From positions 416,001 to 480,000 of the forward strand of contig CAVRCI010000002.1 of assembly GCA_963719495.1 (NCBI GenBank): a DNA stretch of 64,000 bases, in the 5' to 3' direction. Origin of the DNA: an uncultured Verrucomicrobiae bacterium. Its GTDB lineage: Bacteria > Verrucomicrobiota > Verrucomicrobiia > Chthoniobacterales > JAATET01. A program made the position numbers and the translations under genes. Positions within the stretch are counted from its first letter, which is position 1. Each line of letters starts with the position of its first letter. Of this stretch, positions 19,782 through 29,418 are shown piece by piece. The notes under the pieces are model-generated. The model worked only from the letters and a program-made list of their open reading frames with translations. It was not told the origin of the DNA and did no database searches.

Positions 19782-20611
19782 AAGGATTCGGTCAGATCGG
19801 GAACGTAGCGCATGACTTCGTTGGGGCGGTAGAGCAAAGCGCCGACCTTGAGGTCCCCGGTGGCGCCAAATTTTTCCCACCACTCCGTCGCGAAATCTCG
19901 CAAGGTGGTGGCGTGGCCGCTGCCGACGTTGGCGACGTGGAGGCGAGCGGGCCGCACGTCGGTGCGGGTGGCGTAGGCGAGAAATTTTGCAGCAACGTCC
20001 GCGACCGGGCTGAAGTCGCGGATCTGATCGCCTTCGGTCATCAAAAAATTTTCACCCGACTCGGCGGCGCGGCGTAGGGAGGGCCAGAAATTGTCCGCGT
20101 GCTGGTGGGGGCCGTAGATTTGAAAAGGTCGCAGGACGGTCACGTTCGTGCCGGACTCCGCGGCGAAGGCGGCGGCGGCGACCGTGGCGGCGGCTTTCGA
20201 GGCGCCGTATGCGGTGGTAGGCTCGAGCGGAGCGTGGGTCGGGATGAAATCGTAGTCCGCGGCGGAGCGTCCGTATTCGAAGCAGGATCCGCAGAGGACG
20301 AAGCGTTTCACCCCGGCTGAGGCGGCGGCACGCCAGAGCGCCACGGAATCGCTGACGTTGGTTTGAAAGAGTTCGGGCCAATCGGCTTTCTGTGGACTGA
20401 CGCCGACGGCCGCCAAGTGGACGAAGACATCGCAGTCGTCGAAGGCGGCAGGTTCTACGAACGAAAGATCGGCCAGAACCCATCTGGGGTTCACGCATTC
20501 GCGGGACCGAATGTCGCGGTGAATGGCGTTCAATTCGTGCCCGGCGTCGAGCGCGGCCTGGATGAAGGCACCGCCGAGGAAGCCGGTGCCGCCGGTGAGG
20601 AAGATCCTCAT
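19778..20611 (-). CDS. NAD-dependent epimerase/reductase, probable CDP-paratose synthase (4-keto reductase)
   Basis: TGGTGFLG, GSCFEYG, YGASK, QIRDF; lies between rfbH and rfbE. Confidence 0.7.
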   Translation of the reverse strand: MRIFLTGGTGFLGGAFIQAALDAGHELNAIHRDIRSRECVNPRWVLADLSFVEPAAFDDCDVFVHLAAVGVSPQKADWPELFQTNVSDSVALWRAAASAGVKRFVLCGSCFEYGRSAADYDFIPTHAPLEPTTAYGASKAAATVAAAAFAAESGTNVTVLRPFQIYGPHQHADNFWPSLRRAAESGENFLMTEGDQIRDFSPVADVAAKFLAYATRTDVRPARLHVANVGSGHATTLRDFATEWWEKFGATGDLKVGALLYRPNEVMRYVPDLTESL

Positions 20612-20615
20612 GGTA

Positions 20616-22394
20616 TCAGTGGGATTGGACGAACTTGTGGATGGTGTCCAGCTCGTAGGCGAGCATGTCGGACGACAATCCCGGGTAGGTCCCGAGGAAG
20701 AGGGCGGTGTTCATGATCTCGTCGGCACCGGTCGTCTCGACGGCGACGCGGAGGGCGTCGGGTCGGTCGCGCTTGAGCTGCACGAAGGCGGGTTGACGCA
20801 GGAGATTGCCGCCGAAGAGCATTCGGTTGCCGATCTTTTGCTCGTCGAGGTGGCGGCCGAGCTGACTGTGGGTGAAGGGGGAACCGGGTCGGACGCGGAT
20901 CATGAAGCCGAACCACGACGGATCGGCGTGGTGGCCGCTGCCGTCGGGTGTGAAGTGGCCGTCCGCCCAACCCGAGGCGTGGGTGGGCAGTGAAAAGGCA
21001 AAGAATTCGCCGAGGTCGTCGAGTCCCGCGCGGAGCGTCTGCCAGTTCTCGCGGCGGGCCTGACTGAACTCCGGAAGTCGCTTGAGCTGTCGGCGACCGA
21101 TGGCGGCCTGGGGGTCGAGCGGTTTCAGATTATAGCCGATGTGGCTGTAAATGTATTTGTGGTCGTAGCCTTCGGGCAGCTCGCCGAGCTGCCAGCCAAA
21201 CCGTTTGCCGCAGGTGTTGTCGACGCCGCTGGCGCACCAGCAGTCGCGGCCCCAATCGCGGAAACTCTCGGCGTAGGTCTTGAGCGGGGGGCGGCGGATG
21301 ATGTTGACCGCGCCGCCTTCGCCCATCGTGAGGTGGTGGGGGGGGTAGAAGGATTGGGTGGAAATGTCGCCCCAGGCTCCGGACGGGGCCGTGAGCGTGG
21401 CCGAATCGTCGCCTTCGAAGCCGATGAGTGGATTCGTCCCGGTCTCCGCGATTTTGAGAAGGTGATCGAGGCCAAGGTCGCGGGCGCGGGCGGTCGGCAT
21501 CGAATACGTGCTGCCGAGCGCGTCGCAGTTGTCCTCGATGAGCCAGAGTTCGTGGGCTTGGCAAAATTCGAGCACGGCCCCGATGTCGAACGGGTTGCCG
21601 AGCGTGTGTGCCATCATGACGGCTTTTGTTTTGCCAGGAACGAAGGCGTCTTCGAGCTGTTCGACGCGGGCGTTGCCGTTCTCGGGATCGTTGTCGATGA
21701 AGACGGGGACTGCCCCGGTCTGGAGGATCGGCGAGACCGTGGTCGGGAAGCCGGCGGCGACGGTGATGACTTCGTCGCCGGGTTGAATGCGGCGGTGGTC
21801 GGGGAGTTTGTGCGTCGTGAAGGCCGAGGCTGCGATGAGGTTGGCGGACGAGCCGGAGTTTACCAGGAGGCTGTGCTTCACGCCGAGGGTGGCGGCGAGT
21901 TCTTCCTGAAAGGCCTCGCCTTCGTGGCCAAGCGTGAGCCAGAAGTCCATCGTAGCGCCGACGGCGGCTGCGACTTCGTCCTCGGTGAAGACGCGTCCGG
22001 CGTAGGGGACGGTTGTGCTTCCGCTGACGAAGGCGGGACGGAGCGGGTCGTTGCCGGGGCGATTCGCGGCGTGGGCGAGGGCGGAGAAGGCGCGCGTCTC
22101 GCGGAGGGCGAATTGCTTGTGGAGGCGTGCGAGGAACGCGGGCTTCAAGCGGGCGTCGAGCGGGCGGAGCTGGTCGGCGGTGACCCAAAGGCGTCGATCC
22201 GTGCGGACGGCTGCGGGGTGGGGCAGGACGGCGTCGTCGGCGTAGTCGTCGCCGGCGACCGCGAGTGCGTGCTCGTGGGCGGTGTCTTCGGTGACGAGGA
22301 GAAGCTCCAATTCGCCGGATTGATCGGGCGGCGAAAGGACGACGACGGTATGCGGATTCGGGGATTCGAGCTGACAGAATTGGCCGGGATTCAT
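20616..22394 (-). CDS. rfbH: CDP-4-keto-6-deoxyglucose 3-dehydrase E1 (RfbH/DdhC) with ~110 aa N-terminal extra domain
   Basis: NSGSSANL, AHTLGNP, EDNCDALG, SFYPPHHLTMGEGG (His in place of Lys), RDWGRDCWC..G.DNTC, GYDHKY. Confidence 0.93.
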   Translation of the reverse strand: MNPGQFCQLESPNPHTVVVLSPPDQSGELELLLVTEDTAHEHALAVAGDDYADDAVLPHPAAVRTDRRLWVTADQLRPLDARLKPAFLARLHKQFALRETRAFSALAHAANRPGNDPLRPAFVSGSTTVPYAGRVFTEDEVAAAVGATMDFWLTLGHEGEAFQEELAATLGVKHSLLVNSGSSANLIAASAFTTHKLPDHRRIQPGDEVITVAAGFPTTVSPILQTGAVPVFIDNDPENGNARVEQLEDAFVPGKTKAVMMAHTLGNPFDIGAVLEFCQAHELWLIEDNCDALGSTYSMPTARARDLGLDHLLKIAETGTNPLIGFEGDDSATLTAPSGAWGDISTQSFYPPHHLTMGEGGAVNIIRRPPLKTYAESFRDWGRDCWCASGVDNTCGKRFGWQLGELPEGYDHKYIYSHIGYNLKPLDPQAAIGRRQLKRLPEFSQARRENWQTLRAGLDDLGEFFAFSLPTHASGWADGHFTPDGSGHHADPSWFGFMIRVRPGSPFTHSQLGRHLDEQKIGNRMLFGGNLLRQPAFVQLKRDRPDALRVAVETTGADEIMNTALFLGTYPGLSSDMLAYELDTIHKFVQSH

Positions 22395-22460
22395 GAGAAA
22401 AATTGCGGGCGCCGAGGGATGCGCCGGTTGGAAGAAACGCCCGTGGGCGGGACTAGGAGT

Positions 22461-23567
22461 CTACCGAGTGGCACAATAGGCCTCGATCTGGGACCGGGTC
22501 AATTCGGCGACGCCGTCCGGGCTCGCTGCGGTATCGGCTTCCCGATACCAATCCGAAGTCCGGGCGATGGTCTGCGCGAAATCCCAGCGCGGACCCCAGC
22601 CGAGGAGGTGGTGGGCTTTATCGGTGGCGAGATTGAGGAGGGATGCTTCGTGAACGGCGTTCGAGTCGGAGCCGTCGATCCAGGATCCGGGCGCGTGGGA
22701 GAGAAGTTCGACGACGAGGTCGGCGACGGTCCGATTCGACGAGAGGGGTGGGCCGAAATTGAACGCCGTGGCGTAGGCGGCGGGCGGCAGCGGGAAGTCG
22801 CCTCCGCCGGCGAGCGCCGCGCCGAGGAGAAGGTAGCCACCGAGGGGTTCGAGGACGTGCTGCCACGGGCGGGTGGCCGTCTTGTTGCGGACGCGGATGG
22901 GCGAGCCTTCGCGCAGAGCCCGGAAGCAATCGGGAACGATGCGATCCTCGGCCCAATCGCCGCCGCCAATGACGTTCCCCGCGCGAGCGGACCCGAGGCG
23001 GACCGGGGAGTCCTCCGCGGAAAAATACGATCGGCGATACGCCTCGATCACGATCTCGGCTGCTCCCTTCGACGAGCTGTAGGGATCGTGGCCGCCGAGT
23101 GGATCGGTCTCGCGGTAACCGTGAACCCACTCCCGGTTGTCGTAGCACTTGTCGGTCGTGATCGCGACGATCTGGCAAGGGCGGGAGAGTCGGCGGCAGG
23201 CGTCGAGGACGTGGACGGTTCCCATGACGTTCGTCGCGTAGGTCTCGACCGGCTCGCGGTAGGAGAGGCGAACGAGCGGCTGCGCGGCGAGGTGAAAGAC
23301 AAAGTCGGGATCGGCGGCGGCGACGGCCGCCTCGACGGCGGGTAAGTCGCGGACGTCGCCTTCCGTGTGATGAAGGCGCGCGGCGAGTTGAAGTTGCCCG
23401 AAGAGCGCGGGCGTCGTCGCGGGAGCCAGCGCGAAACCGTGAACCTCCGCTCCGAGCGAGAGCAGCCACTCGGCGAGCCAACTTCCCTTGAAGCCGGTGT
23501 GCCCGGTGAGGAAAACGCGCTTGCCCCGGTAGGCTGCGGCGAGGGTGGCGGCGTGGCGCTCGGTCAT
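22461..23567 (-). CDS. rfbG: CDP-glucose 4,6-dehydratase (start ATG 23567)
   Basis: TGHTGFKGSWL, HLAAQPLVR, TTDKCY, DPYSSSK, RAGNVIGGGDW, RPWQHVLEP. Confidence 0.95.
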   Translation of the reverse strand: MTERHAATLAAAYRGKRVFLTGHTGFKGSWLAEWLLSLGAEVHGFALAPATTPALFGQLQLAARLHHTEGDVRDLPAVEAAVAAADPDFVFHLAAQPLVRLSYREPVETYATNVMGTVHVLDACRRLSRPCQIVAITTDKCYDNREWVHGYRETDPLGGHDPYSSSKGAAEIVIEAYRRSYFSAEDSPVRLGSARAGNVIGGGDWAEDRIVPDCFRALREGSPIRVRNKTATRPWQHVLEPLGGYLLLGAALAGGGDFPLPPAAYATAFNFGPPLSSNRTVADLVVELLSHAPGSWIDGSDSNAVHEASLLNLATDKAHHLLGWGPRWDFAQTIARTSDWYREADTAASPDGVAELTRSQIEAYCATR

Positions 23568-23572
23568 TTCAC

Positions 23573-24358
23573 TCAATCCCAGACTTTCCACGGCGCTTTG
23601 CCGTCGGCCCAGAGGCGGTTGAGGAGGCCGAATTCGGCGTAGGTGTCCATTGGCTGCCAGAAACCTTGGTGTCGGAACGCGCCGAGCTGCCCGTCGGCGG
23701 TGAGGTTTTTCATAGGCTCGGCTTCGAGCATCACGGACGGATCGTCCGGGAGGTAGTCGAAGATCCGGCGATTGCAGACCATGTAGCCGCCATTGATGAA
23801 GCCGACTTCGGTCTGCGGTTTTTCGTTGAAGCCTTCGACAAGCCCTTCGGTGGAGATGCCGAGCTCGCCGAAGCGGCCCGGGGGATGGACGGCCGTGAGG
23901 GTGCAAGTCTTGCCCAAGCGGCGGTGGGTGTCGATGCTGGCGGGGAGGTCGACCGCGCCGACGCCGTCGCCGTAAGTGAGAAGAAATTCCTCGTCGTCCC
24001 CGAGGTAGTCTTTGACCAACCGGATCCGGTAGGCGGTCATGGAGTCTTCGCCGGTGTCGGCGAGAGTGACGGACCAATCTTCTTCGGTGTGGCGGGTGTG
24101 GAATTTCACCGACGGGTTGCGCCCGAGCATGAGGGTCGTGTCGCAGGTGTTCCAGAGGTAGTTCCGGAAGTAGTCCTTGATGATCTCGCCCTTGTAGCCG
24201 AGGCAGACAATGAACTCCTTGTGCCCATAGTGGGCGTAGGTCTTCATAATGTGCCAGAGGATCGGGCGGTTCCCGATCGGCACCATGGGCTTGGGGCGGT
24301 ATTCGGTTTCTTCCCGAAGCCGGGTTCCCTTGCCTCCACAGAGGATGATGACTTTCAT
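23573..24358 (-). CDS. rfbF: Glucose-1-phosphate cytidylyltransferase (start ATG 24358)
   Basis: ILCGGKGTRLREET..RPKPM, LTYGDGV, INGGY, FWQPMDT. Confidence 0.95.
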   Translation of the reverse strand: MKVIILCGGKGTRLREETEYRPKPMVPIGNRPILWHIMKTYAHYGHKEFIVCLGYKGEIIKDYFRNYLWNTCDTTLMLGRNPSVKFHTRHTEEDWSVTLADTGEDSMTAYRIRLVKDYLGDDEEFLLTYGDGVGAVDLPASIDTHRRLGKTCTLTAVHPPGRFGELGISTEGLVEGFNEKPQTEVGFINGGYMVCNRRIFDYLPDDPSVMLEAEPMKNLTADGQLGAFRHQGFWQPMDTYAEFGLLNRLWADGKAPWKVWD

Positions 24359-24566
24359 GGTTTTTCGAAGGTTGGTCGGGTCGGCGTTGCCGATTACGAG
24401 GGCGACGAAAACAACGCGGTCGGCACTTGGGCAAGGAAAACTTTTCCGGTTGGCTGCTGGCGGCTTCCGATCTCCGCTTGCCAGGAGATTAGGCAAGTCG
24501 ACTGGCTACCCCGCTGCAAAGAAAGTGCGTGCGTGAACCCGTGGCTCGGTTATTTGTCCCCGTCCT

Positions 24567-26555
24567 ATGCGCGTCTCGGTAGCAATTCTGGTTGGACTGG
24601 CGGTGTTCTTCTGCCAAGTGGCGCACGGGGGCGCGCTTGTGCCGTTTCTGATGATCCCGAGTCTGGGGATCGTTTTTCTGGCACTGCTGGCCGCCGTCCC
24701 CGCGCAATTCCGCACTCCAGCGCCCCCCGTTCATTTGATTCTCGTCGGCGCAGCGCTGGCGGTTTACTCCGGTTGGCGTTGTTTCGTTTCGCCCGAAGAG
24801 GAGTCCGCTCGGATCGACCTGGGGATGATTCTGCTCTACGGCGGGGCCTGGCTGGCCGTCGCGATGGCCGTGACGAGCCGGGTGTCTCGCTATTGGTTGA
24901 TCGGCATGCTGCTCTTGGGAGGGCTCATCGAGGCGGGCTTCGCGACCATCCAGTCGACGCAAACGGACGGCTCGCTGATACCGTTTTGGTTCTCGGAGGA
25001 GCTTCGGGGTCTCTATTTCGGTCGGTTCGTCAACCGCCCGCGGGGTTTGTATCTCAACCCGAACCAGTTGGCCTGGGCGATGAACGTCACGGCGCTGCTG
25101 GCGCTCGGGTTGGGCACTTGGGGGAGGCTGCGGGCTGTGCCGCGAATCGTGGTGCTTTACCTGGCAGGGTTCTTTGTAGTGATGACGATTCTGACCGGGA
25201 GCCGAGGGGGCATCCTTTCGCTCGTTGTTGGGGTGTCGGTCTTCGCCGGCACGAGCTTGTTCGCGATCGGCGGGCTAGACCGGGCGCACCGCCTGAGAGC
25301 CATCCTGACGGGCGTGGCCGCGGCGGCGGTCGGGTTGGGGCTGTTGGCGTTCGTCTTCGCGCGCAACTGGGTGGCGCAAGGGCGCATCGATTCTTTGCTG
25401 GATCCCGATGTCCGGCTGGCGCTGGCTGAACATGCGGTCCGGGCTTTTCAACAGGAGCCGCTCACGGGGATTGGCGCAGGGCAGTATCGCTACTATGCGC
25501 GGCTCTTCCGCGAGTTCGGCGAGCACCGGGACGCCATCTTCGCGCATAGCGACTGGCTGCAATTCCTCGCGGAATACGGCTTCGTCGGGATCGCTCTCGT
25601 GTTCGTGTTTCTCGCGTTCTCGTTTCGCGCTGGTTGGCGGAATTTCTCAGGTTCGATCGAGGCTGCGATGCGGCAACGTGGGCGCGCGCTGAGCAACCGG
25701 GCGGGGATCGCGGTGGGTGCCGTCGCGGCGAGCGCGGCGTGCGTGGCGCACAGCGTCTTCGATTTCAATCTGCACATCGCCGCCAACGGGCTACTGGCGG
25801 CGGTGGTCTTCGGGTTGATGGCGGAGCCGTATCGGGACGCGATCCACGCCGGGACGGGGCGATTTTGGCTGGGTGGAGTGGGGCGGTCCGTCGCGGTCGT
25901 TTGCGTGCTCGCGAGCTTGGGCGGCTTTTTGTTTCGCTACGCGGCCTCGGATTACCATGGCTTGATCGCGACGAACGCGCTGATGAAGGGCAAAGCTGGA
26001 TTGGCGATCGAGCTGGCCGAGCGGGGACTCACGAGCCGCCCGGACGACCCCACACTCAACTTCGCCCTCGGCGAGGGCCACTTGGGCTACCAAGCCTCTT
26101 TGCGAATGAGGTCGATCGGGGATGACTCAACCGAGGACTTGATCATCGACGGCCCGGAAGTCGAGTTGCCAGGCGACGATGCCGGTTACGCGGCGGCGGG
26201 CGAGCTCTCGGAGGCGGAGTTCGTTCGTCGCCTGGGGGAGGCGGAGAGGTTTCTGGGGAAAGCGGTTGAGGCCCAGCCGCGGGAGCGGCTCTATCGCTTC
26301 GCGCTGGGCGGCGTCCTCGGCGAATCCGGCAAGTATCGGCGGGCGGCTGCGGAAATGAGGCGAGGCATCCGGTGGGATCCGGCTCATGGATCGTCGTGGG
26401 GTGTCTTCGCGGAAATGGAAGAATCGCGGGATCGTTTGCGCTCGGCTCTGCGTCTTTACGAGATCGGAGCGGTCCTGAGCGGAGGGGAGGCGAACCTCTG
26501 GGCGGTGGAGGATCTGCGGGAGGAAATCGCCTCGGAACAGCAGGATTCCGAATGA
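24567..26555 (+). CDS. O-antigen ligase family membrane protein with C-terminal TPR-like repeats
   Basis: NPNQLA, TGSRGG, GIGAG, AHSDWLQFLAEYG, HSVFDFNLH; helical C-terminal region. Confidence 0.85.
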   Translation: MRVSVAILVGLAVFFCQVAHGGALVPFLMIPSLGIVFLALLAAVPAQFRTPAPPVHLILVGAALAVYSGWRCFVSPEEESARIDLGMILLYGGAWLAVAMAVTSRVSRYWLIGMLLLGGLIEAGFATIQSTQTDGSLIPFWFSEELRGLYFGRFVNRPRGLYLNPNQLAWAMNVTALLALGLGTWGRLRAVPRIVVLYLAGFFVVMTILTGSRGGILSLVVGVSVFAGTSLFAIGGLDRAHRLRAILTGVAAAAVGLGLLAFVFARNWVAQGRIDSLLDPDVRLALAEHAVRAFQQEPLTGIGAGQYRYYARLFREFGEHRDAIFAHSDWLQFLAEYGFVGIALVFVFLAFSFRAGWRNFSGSIEAAMRQRGRALSNRAGIAVGAVAASAACVAHSVFDFNLHIAANGLLAAVVFGLMAEPYRDAIHAGTGRFWLGGVGRSVAVVCVLASLGGFLFRYAASDYHGLIATNALMKGKAGLAIELAERGLTSRPDDPTLNFALGEGHLGYQASLRMRSIGDDSTEDLIIDGPEVELPGDDAGYAAAGELSEAEFVRRLGEAERFLGKAVEAQPRERLYRFALGGVLGESGKYRRAAAEMRRGIRWDPAHGSSWGVFAEMEESRDRLRSALRLYEIGAVLSGGEANLWAVEDLREEIASEQQDSE

Positions 26556-28141
26556 ATCCTCCGATCATCCTCCTTCGCCTGCTCGTGGTCGCCGCACTAG
26601 TATTGACCGTTCACGCGCAGACTCCGGGCTTGGAGAACACCGTCGTCGACCTGACCTCGGATTTGGGTCCAGCGCCGACGCCGATCCCGCGACCGACACC
26701 GCAGGCCCAGCCGCCGACCGCCCCGACCGCCCCGACCGCCACTCTCCGACCGACAGTTGTCCCGGAACCCGTCCCTCAGGAGGCCTTCGTGGTGCCCGCA
26801 CCCACGGTCGATCCGGTGCGACCGGCTGTGACGCCGAGATTACCGATTCCGCTCGATTCCTCCCTCGCGGCGTCCCGTCCGACGACCGTCGATTCAATCA
26901 GCCCGGAACTCACGGTGCCCGGGCTGTCCGTCCCGATCGAGTCGGCGGTGGAGGCCAACGCGGTTCTCGTGGACGAAGAAGGTGACTTCCTGGCCGACAC
27001 GGGCAGCTCGCTCTTAAACTTCATCTCCCCGACCGACCCCAACGGTCGCGACAACTTCACGGTTTCGGTCGGCACGTCCCTTGGTTACGACACGAATGTC
27101 CTCTATTCGCCGAATCAGAAGATCGCCAGCGCGACGGCTACCCTTTCCGGAAGCCTCGGTTTCGCTGGGGGGACGCCGAGGTTCGAAGTGCGGACCCGGC
27201 TGGACCTGCGGAGCACGAATTATCAGGAGCGACCGGGCGGGAAACAGGATAATTCGGTACTATTTTCTCTCGGAGCCCGCTATCAGGCGCAGGAGCGGCT
27301 GGTTCTCGATCTTACGACGGTCGCTGGGTATCAGTCCGTCCCTGATACCCAATTGCTTGGCGGTTCGTTTGCCCTGAACGGAAGCTTTCTTTTCGCGGAT
27401 TTGCGGCTCTCCGCGACCTACCAACTCCGGCCGCGACTCTCCCTGTCCTTCGCCTATTCCTTCAACTCGATCAAATATGACGACGAGATCGTCGACCGAC
27501 AGTCGGGCTTCACCTCCCAGGTTTTCTCGCTCAGTACGAATTATTTGCTTTCACCGACGACAAGTTTCCTCACCGAATACCGCTACAATCCGGTTAGCTA
27601 CTCGGCACCAGGGCAGGCGACCACGGGTCAGATCTTCCTGGTTGGGCTGAGTCGCAGCTTTAGCCCGCGATTCAATGCGACGATGCGGGCGGGTGCTGAA
27701 TTTCGAGCTATCGAGAATCCCAACACCGACCTCGACGCGCCCACGGAATACATCGGACCGTTCGTCGAGGGCGAAGCCAACTACAATCTCGGGCTGGATT
27801 CCGAGCTCATCTCGACCCTCCGCTTCGGAACCGAGCCATCCGGCGTTTCGGGTATCACGATTCGACAGTCTTTCCGGATGAGTCTGGGTATCGAGAAAGC
27901 AATTGGGAAACGGCTGTCGGCCCGGGCTTCGGTTAATTTTCTACGCGATAACTTCGACCAACCTGGGTTGGCACCCGACAGCACTCAGGACGTTTATTCC
28001 GGGATTCTCACCCTCCGCTACCAGTTCAACCCCTCGATCGCCACCGTCTTGTCCTACGATTATCTGCTGTTCAAATCAAGCGTGCAGGATGCGGACTACG
28101 ATCGAAGTTTCAGCTCCTTCGGGCTCGAAGTAAACTTCTGA
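26552..28141 (+). CDS. Outer-membrane beta-barrel protein of polysaccharide export locus with Pro/Thr-rich N-terminal stalk (start ATG 26552)
   Basis: Signal peptide ending VHA; GYDTNV; amphipathic beta strands; C-terminal Phe (LEVNF); upstream of wzc/wza. Confidence 0.8.
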   Translation: MNPPIILLRLLVVAALVLTVHAQTPGLENTVVDLTSDLGPAPTPIPRPTPQAQPPTAPTAPTATLRPTVVPEPVPQEAFVVPAPTVDPVRPAVTPRLPIPLDSSLAASRPTTVDSISPELTVPGLSVPIESAVEANAVLVDEEGDFLADTGSSLLNFISPTDPNGRDNFTVSVGTSLGYDTNVLYSPNQKIASATATLSGSLGFAGGTPRFEVRTRLDLRSTNYQERPGGKQDNSVLFSLGARYQAQERLVLDLTTVAGYQSVPDTQLLGGSFALNGSFLFADLRLSATYQLRPRLSLSFAYSFNSIKYDDEIVDRQSGFTSQVFSLSTNYLLSPTTSFLTEYRYNPVSYSAPGQATTGQIFLVGLSRSFSPRFNATMRAGAEFRAIENPNTDLDAPTEYIGPFVEGEANYNLGLDSELISTLRFGTEPSGVSGITIRQSFRMSLGIEKAIGKRLSARASVNFLRDNFDQPGLAPDSTQDVYSGILTLRYQFNPSIATVLSYDYLLFKSSVQDADYDRSFSSFGLEVNF

Positions 28142-28155
28142 CCACGGTGCGGACA

Positions 28156-29418
28156 CAGGGCCGACGCATCAAAAAAGATCGCGATGGAGGAAGTTTGGGC
28201 TGGTACTATATTTTCCCGTGCGTAGATGGAGGAGATGCCCGAAACGCATCCCATCCAAAAAAGCCTGATCGAAGAGTTCAAACGCATAGAAGATCCGCGA
28301 GTATCGCGCACTCGCTACCATGAGTTGAGCGACATTCTAGTGATCGCGATCTCGACGCTTTTGTGCGCGGGCACGTCTTTCTACGACATGGAAGAGTTCG
28401 GTCGGGCCAAGGAAAAATGGTTCCGAACGTTTCTGAAGTTGCCCAACGGCATCCCCAGCCACGACACGTTCAATCGCGTGTTTTCGCTGATCAATCCGGC
28501 GAGTTTTCACGAGTGCTTCATGAGGTGGACGCAGAGCGTGCGCGAACACATCGACCGGGAAATCGTCGCCGTCGACGGCAAAGCCCTCCGCGCAGCCTGC
28601 CAGGACGGCGGGAATGTGCGCTTCATCGTCAATGCTTGGGCAACCAGCAATCGACTTGTCCTGGGGCAGCTCGAAGTGCCCGACAAAACCAACGAAATCA
28701 CGGCGGTTCCCACGCTGCTGCGAGCGTTGGAACTGCGTGGCTGCATCGTGAGCACCGACGCGATGGGGTGCCAGAAAGAGATCGCCCGAGAAATCATCGA
28801 GGCCGACGCCGATTACGTTCTCGCTCTCAAAGGCAATCACCAAACCGTCCATGAGGAAGTCAAAAGCTTCCTCGATGCCGAATTTGATCGCGAGCTCCAG
28901 AGCCCTCCAGTGCCCAAACCATCCACGAAGAAACCACCAAGCGCTCCCACTTTCGCATTCCTGGAAACCGTCGACAAAGGCCACGGGCGCTTGGAAATCC
29001 GGCGCTATTTCCAAAGCGTCGCCATCGACTGGTTCGCAGACATCAGCCAATGGGAAGGGCTGCAGAGCGTCGGAATGGTCGAATCCAGCCGCGAAATCAA
29101 AGGTCAAATCAGCGTGGAAAGACGCTACTTCCTGAGCAGCCTGCCCCTCGACGTCGGACTTTTCGCTCAAGCCGTCCGTGGACATTGGGGCGTGGAAAAC
29201 TCCTGCCACTGGGTCTTGGACGTCATCCTGCGCGAAGATGGTTCCCGCGCTCGAACCGCTCACGCCGCCGAGAATCTCGCCACCCTGCGCCGCCTCGCCC
29301 TAAACCTGCTCTCTCGCGAAAAGTCCAAAAAACGCAGCATCAAGACCAAACAACTCGTCGCAGCCTGGGATCACGACTTCCTCCTGCACCTCCTCAATTT
29401 TTAGATGCGTCGGCCCTG
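28156..29418 (+). mobile_element. ISAs1-family insertion sequence, 1263 bp, intact
   Basis: TIRs CAGGGCCGACGCATC(A/T)AAAAA at both ends; 10-bp TSD GGTGCGGACA at 28146-28155 and 29419-29428. Confidence 0.97.
28226..29404 (+). CDS. ISAs1 family DDE transposase
   Basis: DPR, GIPSHDTF, AVDGK, KTNEIT, DAMGCQ, LKGN, KGHGRLEIR, HWGVEN..HW.LDV..RED. Confidence 0.97.
   Translation: MEEMPETHPIQKSLIEEFKRIEDPRVSRTRYHELSDILVIAISTLLCAGTSFYDMEEFGRAKEKWFRTFLKLPNGIPSHDTFNRVFSLINPASFHECFMRWTQSVREHIDREIVAVDGKALRAACQDGGNVRFIVNAWATSNRLVLGQLEVPDKTNEITAVPTLLRALELRGCIVSTDAMGCQKEIAREIIEADADYVLALKGNHQTVHEEVKSFLDAEFDRELQSPPVPKPSTKKPPSAPTFAFLETVDKGHGRLEIRRYFQSVAIDWFADISQWEGLQSVGMVESSREIKGQISVERRYFLSSLPLDVGLFAQAVRGHWGVENSCHWVLDVILREDGSRARTAHAAENLATLRRLALNLLSREKSKKRSIKTKQLVAAWDHDFLLHLLNF

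Noticed and set aside
21141..23345. 734-aa plus-strand ORF, and similar long antisense ORFs (e.g. 23666-25429, 37624-39339, 56001-57509)
   Set aside because: Shadow frames of well-supported genes in high-GC DNA; no recognisable motifs
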